Below, one piece after another: positions 40,215 through 49,703 of a DNA stretch of 64,000 nucleotides. The stretch's first letter is position 1; each line of letters opens with the position of its first letter. The position numbers and the translations under genes were made by a program. The stretch is taken from positions 32,001 through 96,000 of IMG/VR virus record IMGVR_UViG_3300044694_000082, one strand, 5' to 3'. The notes under the pieces are model-generated. The model had not been told where the DNA came from. It did not search any database and saw only the letters and a list, made by a program, of their open reading frames with translations. Source of the DNA: a virus. Its lineage: Duplodnaviria > Caudoviricetes.

Positions 40215-41239
40215 ATCAGCCCCTCCGTCACGCTGGCCTGGTCCTCCGGCCGGTTGTACAGGTGTACTTGAGTGCCTTTCAGTGACCACCCACCGTGGCG
40301 GGCGATCTCGGTCGTGGGCTTACGGGCCCGGAATGCCATGGTTGCCCCGGATGCGCGGGTGGAGTGAGCACGATACCGGCGCCCGGACGGCGCCGAGAGG
40401 CCCGCGGCCAAAGCCGCATTCTTGACAACCCGCCCCAGCCACGCCCCGTCCATCCGGTAGGGCAGCACCTTGTGCGTCACACCGGTACTGACCAGGCGAC
40501 GGAACAGGGGCCCCTCGAACTGCCCCCGCGTCTCCAGGGTATCGACCCACAGCCGCAGAGCGGAGACCGCGTCGGACAGAGGATGCGAGCCGGGGTCGAT
40601 CACCAGGTGACGGCCCCGTGCCCGCTGGTCCTCCTTGGACTTCGCGATGTAGAGGACGACCTTGCCGCGGGTGAAGCGGACGTCGCCGCAGTCCAGGCCC
40701 ACCAGTTGGGAGCGCCGGGCGAACGCGCCGGTCGCCACCAGCAGCGCGGCCCGGTCCCGGATACCGAGGACATCGTGGCCGATGGTCGCGGACATCCGCC
40801 GCAGCTCGTCGATGGTGTAGGTGGCTGCCTCGTCGCGCCGCCAGCCTGCCTCGACCAGCTGCCTGCGGTACGCTCCGACCACCCGCCACGCGTCGTCCCG
40901 GTTGGGCATGTGCTTCTTGGGCACGTCGTACTGGTCCTGGAAGAACACCACCGCGGACAGGCCCTGTTCGATGATGGACAGCGAGTGCCCGAGGTCGCAC
41001 CGCTCGGCGATCCAGTTGGTCAGGTCGTCGGAGGAGACAGGCACCGGCCGCACACCGTTGTCCAGACACCACGTCAGGAACTTGCGCCACTCGCGCTTGT
41101 AGGCCTTGAAGGTCTCCACCGGTACGGACTCGCGCAAGCGACGCGCCGCGGACTCTGACAGATTCCTCCGCCGGGGCGGCTGCGGCGTCGGGAGAAGATC
41201 ATTTACAGCGTTCGTCCACTCGAAGTTGACGAGAGTCAT
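40211..41239 (-). CDS. tyrosine recombinase, Cre-like
   Basis: T..AY...W..F..WC N-terminal domain; RDRAALL..RRSQL, SKEDQ, HSTR, GGW, Y catalytic set. Confidence 0.9.
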   Translation of the reverse strand: MTLVNFEWTNAVNDLLPTPQPPRRRNLSESAARRLRESVPVETFKAYKREWRKFLTWCLDNGVRPVPVSSDDLTNWIAERCDLGHSLSIIEQGLSAVVFFQDQYDVPKKHMPNRDDAWRVVGAYRRQLVEAGWRRDEAATYTIDELRRMSATIGHDVLGIRDRAALLVATGAFARRSQLVGLDCGDVRFTRGKVVLYIAKSKEDQRARGRHLVIDPGSHPLSDAVSALRLWVDTLETRGQFEGPLFRRLVSTGVTHKVLPYRMDGAWLGRVVKNAALAAGLSAPSGRRYRAHSTRASGATMAFRARKPTTEIARHGGWSLKGTQVHLYNRPEDQASVTEGLM

Positions 41240-41507
41240 AGTAAGGCATCTTACAACCACTCCCGTCAAAGGCGAGTTGACATTTCGAAGATCGTTTCAG
41301 CTGGAGTACCGGGATCATCGCCCTCGTCGGCTGGCGTCGCTGAGCCCAGACATACGAGCGCCCCGCCTTGCGGTCACCATGTGCCTGGACGGCTGGCTCC
41401 TACGACGGGGCGCTCTGGATGAACCAGGCTCAGGGGCCCGGCAACGCCTAGGACCCGAAGGTCCCGACGTGCGCAGTATCCCACACCACCATGCAAAGGG
41501 ATTCCCC

Positions 41508-42215
41508 ATGTTCGTCGCCGTCCAGAACCACTCGACCCGCGTGAGCGATGCCGATGTCTCCCTGATGGTCCGTGCCGTCGCGCACCAGGTCCGCTACGAC
41601 GTCGCCCCGGCGTGGGGCTCGAAGACGGCGGCCGTGGTGTTCGTGCCGGTGGGTTCGGCTGTCCCGGCAGGATCCTACGTGATCACTGTCTACGACGACG
41701 CCGACCAGGCCGATGCGCTCGGGTATCACACCGAGGACGAGAACGGCACGATCTACGGCAAGGTCTTCGTCTCGCCGGTCCTGGACAACGGCGGCACGGT
41801 CAGTGTCGGTGAGCTGTCCGTCTCCGCGGTCCTCTCCCATGAGGTGCTGGAGACGTTCGCCGACCCGCACGTGCAGCTGTGGTCCTCCGACGGCACGGAC
41901 GGTTTGTACGCGTATGAGATCTGCGATGCGGTCGAGGACGGCGCCTATGCCGTGCACATCGCGGGCAAGCGGGTCTCGGTGTCGAACTTCGTGCTGCCCG
42001 CCTGGTTCGACAGCCAGACTCCGGCTGGTGAGCGTGTGGACTTCCTGGGCCAGCTGTCGCGGCCTTTCGAGATCTCCCAGGGCGGGTACGCCGTGAAGAT
42101 CACGCTGGGCAAGGACACGAAGGTGGATCAGGTATTCGGCGAGCGTTTCCCGGAGTGGAAGAAGGCGTCGAAGCGGCACCCGCTGGCGCGTTTCTCGCGC
42201 CGTCATTCTTTCTGA
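41508..42215 (+). CDS. zincin-like metalloprotease candidate
   Basis: ALGYH, SHEVLETFADP, EICDAVE, VSNFVLP.WF. Confidence 0.6.
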   Translation: MFVAVQNHSTRVSDADVSLMVRAVAHQVRYDVAPAWGSKTAAVVFVPVGSAVPAGSYVITVYDDADQADALGYHTEDENGTIYGKVFVSPVLDNGGTVSVGELSVSAVLSHEVLETFADPHVQLWSSDGTDGLYAYEICDAVEDGAYAVHIAGKRVSVSNFVLPAWFDSQTPAGERVDFLGQLSRPFEISQGGYAVKITLGKDTKVDQVFGERFPEWKKASKRHPLARFSRRHSF

Positions 42216-42220
42216 TGCTC

Positions 42221-42291
42221 GGGAGCTTGGTGTAGCGGGAACACGGTCCTCTCCAAAGGGACAGTCAGGGGTTCGATTCCTCTAGCTCCCG
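42221..42291 (+). tRNA. trnW: tRNA-Trp (CCA)
   Basis: GGGAGCT/AGCTCCC acceptor, GTGT/ACAC D stem, GTCCT-CTCCAAA-GGGAC anticodon arm, AGGGG-TTCGATT-CCTCT T arm. Confidence 0.93.
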
Positions 42292-42630
42292 CCCACTCGT
42301 CTTCCCTGACGTGCCAGACGGGCTTTTCTGTACAGCTCCAGCAGGCGCGCACGTGACGCTTCTCGCGCGGCTCGTTGGGTCTCGGAGTTCCACCAGTCCG
42401 ATGCTGTCCCGTGTTTCGGGCATTCCGGGTTCCAGTTGAGTGCACCGCCGATGGACAGGCGCTGGCACGCGCAGTTTGCCACGAAGCAGCGCTTCAGGTG
42501 CTGTTCCAGTCCGCGACGGACGTACTGCTCGCAGTGCGGGCATTCCGGATTCCGTCGTCTTTTTGAGGCTTTGCGGCATTTACCCATGGCGCTGGCCTTT
42601 CTCTGTGAACTCTCACAAAGGACATCATCC

Positions 42631-42900
42631 ATGAGTTTCCACATTCATGCGGCAGGCCGTGTGGCTGACGCCGTCGAGCAGGTCAAGAACATCCAGTGGG
42701 TTCCTGAGAATCCGCAGGCCGAGCGGACGCGGGACTTCGTTCTGGCGCAGCTGGAGGCGTGGCCGGTGCATGCGAACTCGCCGAAGGGTGTGCTCGTGGA
42801 GGCGTCGGGTCACCAGGATTCGTTCAGCCAGAACCTGACGCTGACGATCCGGCCGCTGTACATCCAGGAGCCGCGGCAGGAAGCCGAGGGCGATGCCTGA
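42631..42900 (+). CDS. hypothetical protein
   Basis: AAAGGA RBS, 89 aa. Confidence 0.6.
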   Translation: MSFHIHAAGRVADAVEQVKNIQWVPENPQAERTRDFVLAQLEAWPVHANSPKGVLVEASGHQDSFSQNLTLTIRPLYIQEPRQEAEGDA

Positions 42901-43109
42901 TGTCTTCTCCGTGCGATTCCATGATGCGGTATTTCGAGTTCTCGCATCTGCCCGCCAAGCTTCAGCAGGTGTCGCGGCACTTCTACACGGTGGCCGATCT
43001 GGTGCGGAACACCGTGCCGGACGGGCCGGAGAAGACGGTGTGCCTGCGGAAGTTGCTGGAGGCGAAGGACGCGGCGGTGCGGGCGGCGCTGGATCTTCCG
43101 GATCTGTGA
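42900..43109 (+). CDS. small helical-hairpin phage protein (Acb2/Tad1-like candidate)
   Basis: YFEFSHLP..LQ.VS..F...A......PDGPEKTVCLRKLLEAKDAAVRA. Confidence 0.6.
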   Translation: MSSPCDSMMRYFEFSHLPAKLQQVSRHFYTVADLVRNTVPDGPEKTVCLRKLLEAKDAAVRAALDLPDL

Positions 43110-43815
43110 TGCTTGCGTGCTACCGGGTGGTGGCGCCGCGGATGAATGAGATGGCGACGTGGCTGACGTGCAATGACGTCGAGCCGAACCTGGTGCCGTA
43201 CCGGTCGGATGTGTTCGTGGAGTCGGCGGACGGCGAGAAGTGGATCATCCGTCACCAGGTGTATGTGCGTACCGAGTTGGGGGCGCTGACGTATGACGCG
43301 GCGTCGCGGGAGTACGTGTGTGAGGAGCGGGTGGTCCCACTGCTGAATGATCCGCCGATGTGGTGGCTTGAGGAAGCCGCCCCGACGGGTGGCGGGGCGG
43401 CTCCTGCCGGGCCCACCGGAGCGGAGGCTGCGGTGAGTGAGGAAACCGTAGCAGAGAGTGCTCCTGATTGTGACTGACGCGCCGAGCCGTTGATTCTCAT
43501 CCGGCCGCGCGGGCGGGCGTCTTCGAAACGAAGGCGCCCTTCTTCATATCCCTAAGGAACATCAGCATGGCGAGGACGACAACCGTGACCTACACCCCTG
43601 CGTCGGTGGTGCTTCCGGAGTGGGAGTACACCGTGCACCTGTTCCCGGTAAGCGATCTGCGCGTGGAGCCGGTGGATGACATCGTGGCCGCGTACTTCCA
43701 GGAGCAGGGCTCGATGATCCTGTTCAAGGACGCCGAGCACACCGTCGTGCGTGCCTTCCAGGCGTCGTCAATACTGCAGATCGTGCGCGGGGACGATCCC
43801 GTTGACGACGAGTGA
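43109..43815 (+). other. two hypothetical genes (43109-43477, 43567-43815)
   Basis: Coupled / RBS AAGGAA. Confidence 0.55.
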
Positions 43816-45310
43816 CGATTTCGACCTGGAGTACCTGAAGGGTCAGGTCGAGGCGCTGGTCCGGACCGGGGACACCAAGCGGCTGAAGCTGGTGCATGCG
43901 CAGCTGAAGGCGGCGGTGGACCGCAAGCAGGCCGCGGACCGTACGGCGCGGTGGGCGAAGGATCCTGCCTCGTGGGTGCGGGACCGGCTGGGTCAGACGG
44001 TGTGGTCCAAGCAGGCCGAGATCATGGAGTCAGTGCGGGACCACCGCAAGACCGCCGTCCGCTCCTGCCATGGTGCGGGCAAGTCGCATGTGGCGTCGCT
44101 GGTGGTGTCGTGGTGGCTGGACGCGCACCCGCCGGGCGAGGCCTTCGTGGTGACGACGGCGCCGACGACAGCGCAGGTCCGCGCGATCCTATGGCGCTAC
44201 ATCCGGCGCATGCACAAGTCGGCGAGTCTGCCGGGGCGTGTGAATCAGGTTGAGTGGCTGATCGACGAGGAACTCGTCGCGTTCGGCCGCAAGCCCGCGG
44301 ATGCGGACGAGTCCGCTTTCCAGGGTATTCACGCGCCGTATGTGCTGGCCGTTCTGGACGAGGCGTGCGGCATCCCGGAGTCGCTGTGGATCGGCGCCGA
44401 GGCCATCACGACCGGTCCCTGGTGCCGGATCCTGGCGATCGGCAACCCCGACAACGCGGCCACGCACTTCTTCAAGGTCTCCCAGCCGGGCTCCGGCTGG
44501 AACTCGGTACGCATCTCCGCCTACGACACACCCAACTTCACCGGCGAGAAGGTGCCCGAGGTGGTGGCCGCCTCCCTCATCTCCAAGGAGTGGGCGGAGG
44601 AAAAGAAGCAGGAGTGGGGCACCGAGAACGCCCTGTACCGCTCCAAGGTCGAGGGTGAGTTCACCCTGGACTCTGCAGACACCGTCGTGCGGTCCACGGA
44701 CGTGGCGACCTGCCGCCTGGACACCGAGGCCAAGTACTCCCCCGTCGACCTTTCCCCCGTGGAGCTGGGCGTTGACGTCGGCGGGGGCCTGGACGAGACC
44801 GTCATCCGTGAGCGGTGCGGGATCCTCGCCGGGCGCGAGTGGCGCATCCGCACCGACCGGCCCGAGAAGATCGCACCCTTGGTGCTGCGGGCGATACGCG
44901 AGTCCGGCGCCACCACCGTGAAGATCGACTCGATCGGTGTGGGCTTCGGCGTCATCGGTGAACTGCGCAACGCCGCCTCCCGGGGCGAGCACAACGCGCG
45001 GATCATCGGCGTCAACGTCTCCGAGAACCCACGGGACAAGAAGAAGTTCGCCAACCTCCGCGCGGAGATGTGGTGGACGATCGGCCGCGAGCTGTCCGCC
45101 AGCGGTGGCTGGGACCTGTCCCGCATGGACAACGGCGACGTCACCTGCGCGCAGCTGCTGCAGCCGCGGTGGGACCTGGATACCAAGGGCCGCATCCTCG
45201 TCGAGCCCAAGGACAAGATCCGTGACCGGATCGGCCGCTCCCCGGACAACGCCGATGCGTTGCTGCTGGCCTACTTCACCGGGGCCAAGCCCCGGATGCG
45301 TTTCCTGTAA
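43802..45310 (+). CDS. terL: terminase large subunit
   Basis: VRSCHGAGKS Walker A, VLDEA Walker B, IGNP, GVDVG..D, SPD.ADA nuclease motifs. Confidence 0.95.
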   Translation: MTTSDDFDLEYLKGQVEALVRTGDTKRLKLVHAQLKAAVDRKQAADRTARWAKDPASWVRDRLGQTVWSKQAEIMESVRDHRKTAVRSCHGAGKSHVASLVVSWWLDAHPPGEAFVVTTAPTTAQVRAILWRYIRRMHKSASLPGRVNQVEWLIDEELVAFGRKPADADESAFQGIHAPYVLAVLDEACGIPESLWIGAEAITTGPWCRILAIGNPDNAATHFFKVSQPGSGWNSVRISAYDTPNFTGEKVPEVVAASLISKEWAEEKKQEWGTENALYRSKVEGEFTLDSADTVVRSTDVATCRLDTEAKYSPVDLSPVELGVDVGGGLDETVIRERCGILAGREWRIRTDRPEKIAPLVLRAIRESGATTVKIDSIGVGFGVIGELRNAASRGEHNARIIGVNVSENPRDKKKFANLRAEMWWTIGRELSASGGWDLSRMDNGDVTCAQLLQPRWDLDTKGRILVEPKDKIRDRIGRSPDNADALLLAYFTGAKPRMRFL

Positions 45311-45337
45311 CCACCATCATCAAGCACAGGGACCACG

Positions 45338-46042
45338 ATGAACTACCAGAAGACCGATGCACCTCCGTCACGAACGACGGTGCGACCGGCCGCTGTGCCG
45401 TCGCCGTCGATCATGGGCAGGCTGATCGTGCTGGCGATGGAGATCCCGCCCGCCACCTACATCGCCGTCACCGGTCACGCGCCGGTGTGGGCGAGGCTGT
45501 GGCTGGGCGTGTTCCTCTCGACGTGGCTGCTGGCCACTGTCGTCCAGGCGGCGAAGGCCCAGCAGGGAGGCTCTCGGTGAGCGAGGAGACCTTCGTCATC
45601 CCCTGCAAGCCGCGTACCGTGCGCCAGGTCGCCGAGTGCGTGGACCCCGGGGACCATCACGCCAAGCACCGGAAGCTGACCGATCTGTGGCACTTCTCGT
45701 GCAACTGCGGCTACTCCAGCGGCTGGCGCCCCGAGGACGAACTGCCGATGTCATCGACCGACTTCATCATGCTGCACCTGCCCGACCGGGACTTCCTGGA
45801 GCGGGAGAGGATACAGACGCTGATGGAACTGGGGTGCACGTGCCATGAATGACAACACCACCAACCGCACCCTGCTGCCGAAGCTGTCGCCGAAGGCGCT
45901 GTCGTCACTCGGTGCCGGAGTCTTCGCCCTGGCCGCCGTAGCGCTGATCGCCCTGGGCGTCGGCCTGATCTACATCCCGGCCGGTGTCATCGTCGCCGGG
46001 CTCGGGCTGCTCGCCTTGCAGTACCAGTTCTTCGCGGGCTGA
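45338..46042 (+). other. three small genes (45338-45580 membrane, 45577-45852, 45845-46042 membrane)
   Basis: Coupled ORFs between TerL and portal. Confidence 0.55.
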
Positions 46043-46342
46043 TTCGCCCCGCATGCGCTGGATACCGCGGCGGCTGGACGACTCCATCCATTCCCGGGTG
46101 GCTTCCAGGTTCGGGTCGGCGCCGATCTGGTCGAGGTCGACTTCCAGGTCCTTCACGGTGAGCCGCATGTGGCCGCCGATGGCCTGAAGGTATTTGACCA
46201 GGGTGTCATAGCGGACGGCCGGGTACTTGGCCTCGATCTGGTTGACGCGCTTCTTGGTCACGCTCATGTGCTCGGCGACCTGTACTTGCGTCATGCCCGC
46301 GGCACGCCTGAGGTCGGACAGCAGGTAGGTGCGTTCGGTCAT
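45905..46342 (-). CDS. Xre-family HTH (HigA-like)
   Basis: LSDLRRAAGMTQVQVAEHMSVTKKRVNQIE....TL.KYLQAIGG.MRL. Confidence 0.75.
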   Translation of the reverse strand: MTERTYLLSDLRRAAGMTQVQVAEHMSVTKKRVNQIEAKYPAVRYDTLVKYLQAIGGHMRLTVKDLEVDLDQIGADPNLEATREWMESSSRRGIQRMRGESAREELVLQGEQPEPGDDDTGRDVDQADAQGDQRYGGQGEDSGTE

Positions 46343-46513
46343 GGCGCCGCCTGGGGTGAGCGTGATGGTCAACGTCGTGCTCCTCTTCCTGGTGATCGCT
46401 TCCATTATGCGTCACCGATTGCTGCCCGCCCTCCCCCCGGGATCGGCGGGTTTTTCCTTTGAATTGAAGACGCCCGTCGGGGCGGCTCTTACGAATTGAA
46501 GACGGAGGGTCCT

Positions 46514-47902
46514 GTGGCGCGCACACTCCTGGGATCCGTCATCAATCGCAGCCCCGTGCCCTACGTTCCGAGTGGTGCGGGCAAGCGGACCTGGCTGCCG
46601 TCCACGGCCAACCCGGGCGGTATGGGCGCCCAGATGGATGCGCTGGGCCGGGTCGGCACGCTGTTCTCGATCGTGGACCGGATCGTCACCGCGTACTCGC
46701 AGGTCGAGTGGCGGCTGTACCGGGTCCCCAAGGACGGGCGGCGCCGGTACGAGCCGGGTACCTCCAACGCCCTGGACGGGCGGGTCGAGGTCACCAAGCA
46801 TCCCGCGCTGGACGTGTGGAAGCGGCCGAACCCGTTCTTCATGGGCACCGCCTTTCGTGAGTCGGCGCAGCAGCACGAGGAACTGGTCGGCGAGCAGTAC
46901 TGGGTCGTCAACAAGAACGCCTACGGCATTCCGACCGAGCTGTGGTTCGTGCGGCCGGACCGCATGGAGCCGGTCCCCGACGCCGAGAATTTCCTCGCCG
47001 GATGGATCTACCGAGGGCCCGCGGGCGAAGTGGTGCCGCTGCGGGTCGACCAGGTCATCTACCTGCGCCGCCCGCACCCCAAGGACCCCTACCGGGGCAT
47101 GGGCGCGGTGCAGGCCATCATGGGCGACCTCGACGCCCGGTATCTGTCCAGCGAGTACAACCGGAACTTCTTCCTGAATTCGGCGACGCCGGGCGGTGTC
47201 ATCGAGTCCGACAACAACATTTCGGACGAGGACTTCAACCAGTTCCAGGCGCGCTGGGCGGAGGCCCACAAGGGCGTCACCAATGCGCACCGGGTGGCCA
47301 TCCTCGAAGCCGGAATGCGCTGGGTCGACCGCAAATACACGATGGACGACATGCAGTTCGTGGAACTGCAGGAAGCCTCCCGCGAAACCATTCGCGAAGC
47401 ATTCGGATTCCCGAAAGCCATGACCGGCGCCACCGACGACGTGAACAAGGCCAACGCCTACGCGGGCGAAGTCATGTTCGCGAGATGGATGACGAAGCCG
47501 CGTCTGCTGCGGGTCAAGGAAGCCCTGAACTGCATCTACCTGCCCATGTTCGGCCCGGCCGCCGCGAACCTGGAATTCGACTTCGTCAACCCCGTTCCCG
47601 AGGACGACGAGATCTCCGCCCAGGTGCTGTTCAACAAGGCGCAGGCCCTCAAGTTCATGGCGGACACCGGCCTGTTCGAGGCGAAGGACATGGTCGAGGC
47701 CTGCGGGCTGCCGCCCATGACGGAACTGCCCGAGCCGCGCACCGCCGCGCCCGGGGCCGGAGCACCGCTGCCGGAGCACCCCCAGAGCCCGGAGCACGAC
47801 GAGGACGAGAACGCGCCCGTCCACCCCGATCAGAAGCCGCAGCTGAAGCCGCCACCACCCACCGGCTGGCACAGCCCCGCCGACGACTGGCTTCACACCT
47901 GA
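46514..47902 (+). CDS. HK97-family portal protein
   Basis: PNPF, GEQYW, PDRM, PYRGMG, FF.NSATPGGVI, DDMQFVE, AFG.P. Confidence 0.95.
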   Translation: MARTLLGSVINRSPVPYVPSGAGKRTWLPSTANPGGMGAQMDALGRVGTLFSIVDRIVTAYSQVEWRLYRVPKDGRRRYEPGTSNALDGRVEVTKHPALDVWKRPNPFFMGTAFRESAQQHEELVGEQYWVVNKNAYGIPTELWFVRPDRMEPVPDAENFLAGWIYRGPAGEVVPLRVDQVIYLRRPHPKDPYRGMGAVQAIMGDLDARYLSSEYNRNFFLNSATPGGVIESDNNISDEDFNQFQARWAEAHKGVTNAHRVAILEAGMRWVDRKYTMDDMQFVELQEASRETIREAFGFPKAMTGATDDVNKANAYAGEVMFARWMTKPRLLRVKEALNCIYLPMFGPAAANLEFDFVNPVPEDDEISAQVLFNKAQALKFMADTGLFEAKDMVEACGLPPMTELPEPRTAAPGAGAPLPEHPQSPEHDEDENAPVHPDQKPQLKPPPPTGWHSPADDWLHT

Positions 47903-47924
47903 ACTGCCGCCGAGGAGGCGACCC

Positions 47925-49703
47925 ATGCCATTCATTGAGCTGGTGGCGCAGCGCCGCTCTCCGGGACCCCCGGCAGGCCTGCAGCCCCCGGAGAACGCCC
48001 AGGACTGGTACCGCATCGACAACGCCGTGGAGGACGAGGACACCACCGACGTCCACGTCTACTCCAGCATCGGTGGCTGGTTCGGCATGTATGCGGACGA
48101 GTTCATCGAGGACATCAAGCAGATCACCACGTCCAAGATGAACATCCGGCTGAACTCCCCTGGCGGCAGCGTTTTTGAGGGTATTGCCATCGCCAACGCG
48201 ATCCGCAACCACCCCGCGACCGTCACCGTCTACGTCGACTCGCTGGCCGCGTCCATCGCCTCCGTCATCGCCATGGCGGGCGACCGCCTCGTGATGATGC
48301 CGCAGTCGCAGATCATGGTCCACAACGCCTCCGGAGCCTGCTACGGCGACGCCTCCGAGATGACGAAGATGGCCGACCTGCTCGACAAGCAGAGCCTGAA
48401 CATCGCACAGGCCTACGCCGAGCACTCCGGGCGTCCGCTCGCCGAGTGGCAGCAGTACATGGACGCCGAGACCTGGTTCACCGCCGAAGAGGCCGTCGCC
48501 GTCGGCCTTGCCGACGAGGCGATGCCGATGAAGCCGAAGAAGACCGAGGACGCCGACGACGCGGTCCTCGCCACCACCGCGGCGGCGCGGACGTGGGACC
48601 TGTCGATGTACCACTACGCGGGCCGCGAGAAGGCACCCGCACCGCGCATCACTGTCCCCGCAGCGCCCTTCACGGCGGGCGGCATTCTCACCGCCAGCAT
48701 GCTCCGCGGACTGAAGAAGCCCGTCGTCAACGGAGTGCTGCGGCAGTTCGACGAAGGCGACCGCGTGGCCGCCATCGTCAAGCACGAACCCGAGCACGAC
48801 CAGGGCACCATCGCCGTCGTCAACGGCAACGCCTACGGCGTCATCTGGGACAAGCCCGATGACGACACCGTCGAGAACGACACCGACGTCTACCGCTGGT
48901 ACACCGACGACGAACTGCAGTGGCTCGGCGGCGGCGAAGACCACGACCCCGACGAGGCGAAGAACTCCGAGCCCACCCGCGAAACGGTCAAGCCCGGCAT
49001 CTCCCACCCCAAGGGCGTCCCCCTGCCCCCGCACGCTGCAGCAGACCCCGTCGTGGTCTTCAACGGCTACAGCTCGGACCTGGTCCGCATGATCCAGGAC
49101 GCCATCCGCGCCGAACTCGTGGTCGAAGGCACCGCCTGCCCCTCGCACTCCACCGCCGTCAAGGACGGCACCTGGGACGCAGGAGCCAACGAGGGCCACC
49201 TGCCCTCCCCGGTGCCGCTGACCGACGTCAAGAAGACCTACGCCTACTACGACGAGAGCCAGGTCGCCGACGGCGCGGTGCCCAAGAGCGCCGCCAAGTT
49301 GCCGCACCACTTCGTCTCCGCCGACGGCACCCCCGGCGCCGCATCCATCAACGGCGTCCGCAACGCCCTGGCCCGTCTCCCACAGACCAAGGGCCTGTCC
49401 GACGAAGAGCGCAGCGCCGCAGAAGCGCACCTGCGCAAGCACCTTGACGCCTACTCAGGCGACAGCGAAGACGAGGACCACGTGCACGAGGAAATCGACG
49501 ACGCCTCAAAGACTTCACCGCCCCCGGACGAAAACGAGCCGGACACGGATGAGGACCCGGACGCCGAGCCGGACGAGGACGAAGACGAGCCCGACGACAA
49601 GGCCAAGGCGCCGGTCGACGAATGGGCCGGTGTCGTCAGCTCTCTCACCACACCGTCGCCCAGCGCGGACGACGTGTTCAACAGCCTGAAGGAGGCTTGG
49701 TAA
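47925..49703 (+). CDS. ClpP-type capsid maturation protease with long C-terminal extension
   Basis: LNSPGGSVFEG, AASIAS, MVHNA, ETWFTAEEA. Confidence 0.92.
   Translation: MPFIELVAQRRSPGPPAGLQPPENAQDWYRIDNAVEDEDTTDVHVYSSIGGWFGMYADEFIEDIKQITTSKMNIRLNSPGGSVFEGIAIANAIRNHPATVTVYVDSLAASIASVIAMAGDRLVMMPQSQIMVHNASGACYGDASEMTKMADLLDKQSLNIAQAYAEHSGRPLAEWQQYMDAETWFTAEEAVAVGLADEAMPMKPKKTEDADDAVLATTAAARTWDLSMYHYAGREKAPAPRITVPAAPFTAGGILTASMLRGLKKPVVNGVLRQFDEGDRVAAIVKHEPEHDQGTIAVVNGNAYGVIWDKPDDDTVENDTDVYRWYTDDELQWLGGGEDHDPDEAKNSEPTRETVKPGISHPKGVPLPPHAAADPVVVFNGYSSDLVRMIQDAIRAELVVEGTACPSHSTAVKDGTWDAGANEGHLPSPVPLTDVKKTYAYYDESQVADGAVPKSAAKLPHHFVSADGTPGAASINGVRNALARLPQTKGLSDEERSAAEAHLRKHLDAYSGDSEDEDHVHEEIDDASKTSPPPDENEPDTDEDPDAEPDEDEDEPDDKAKAPVDEWAGVVSSLTTPSPSADDVFNSLKEAW

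Noticed and set aside
42221-42291. tRNA-Trp as an attL/attR boundary
   Set aside because: Phage genes continue on both sides and no duplicate of its 3' end was seen in the window
42282-42587. Minus-strand Cys-rich ORF
   Set aside because: Plausible, but overlaps the tRNA end, opposes the operon and has no clear RBS; unsupported
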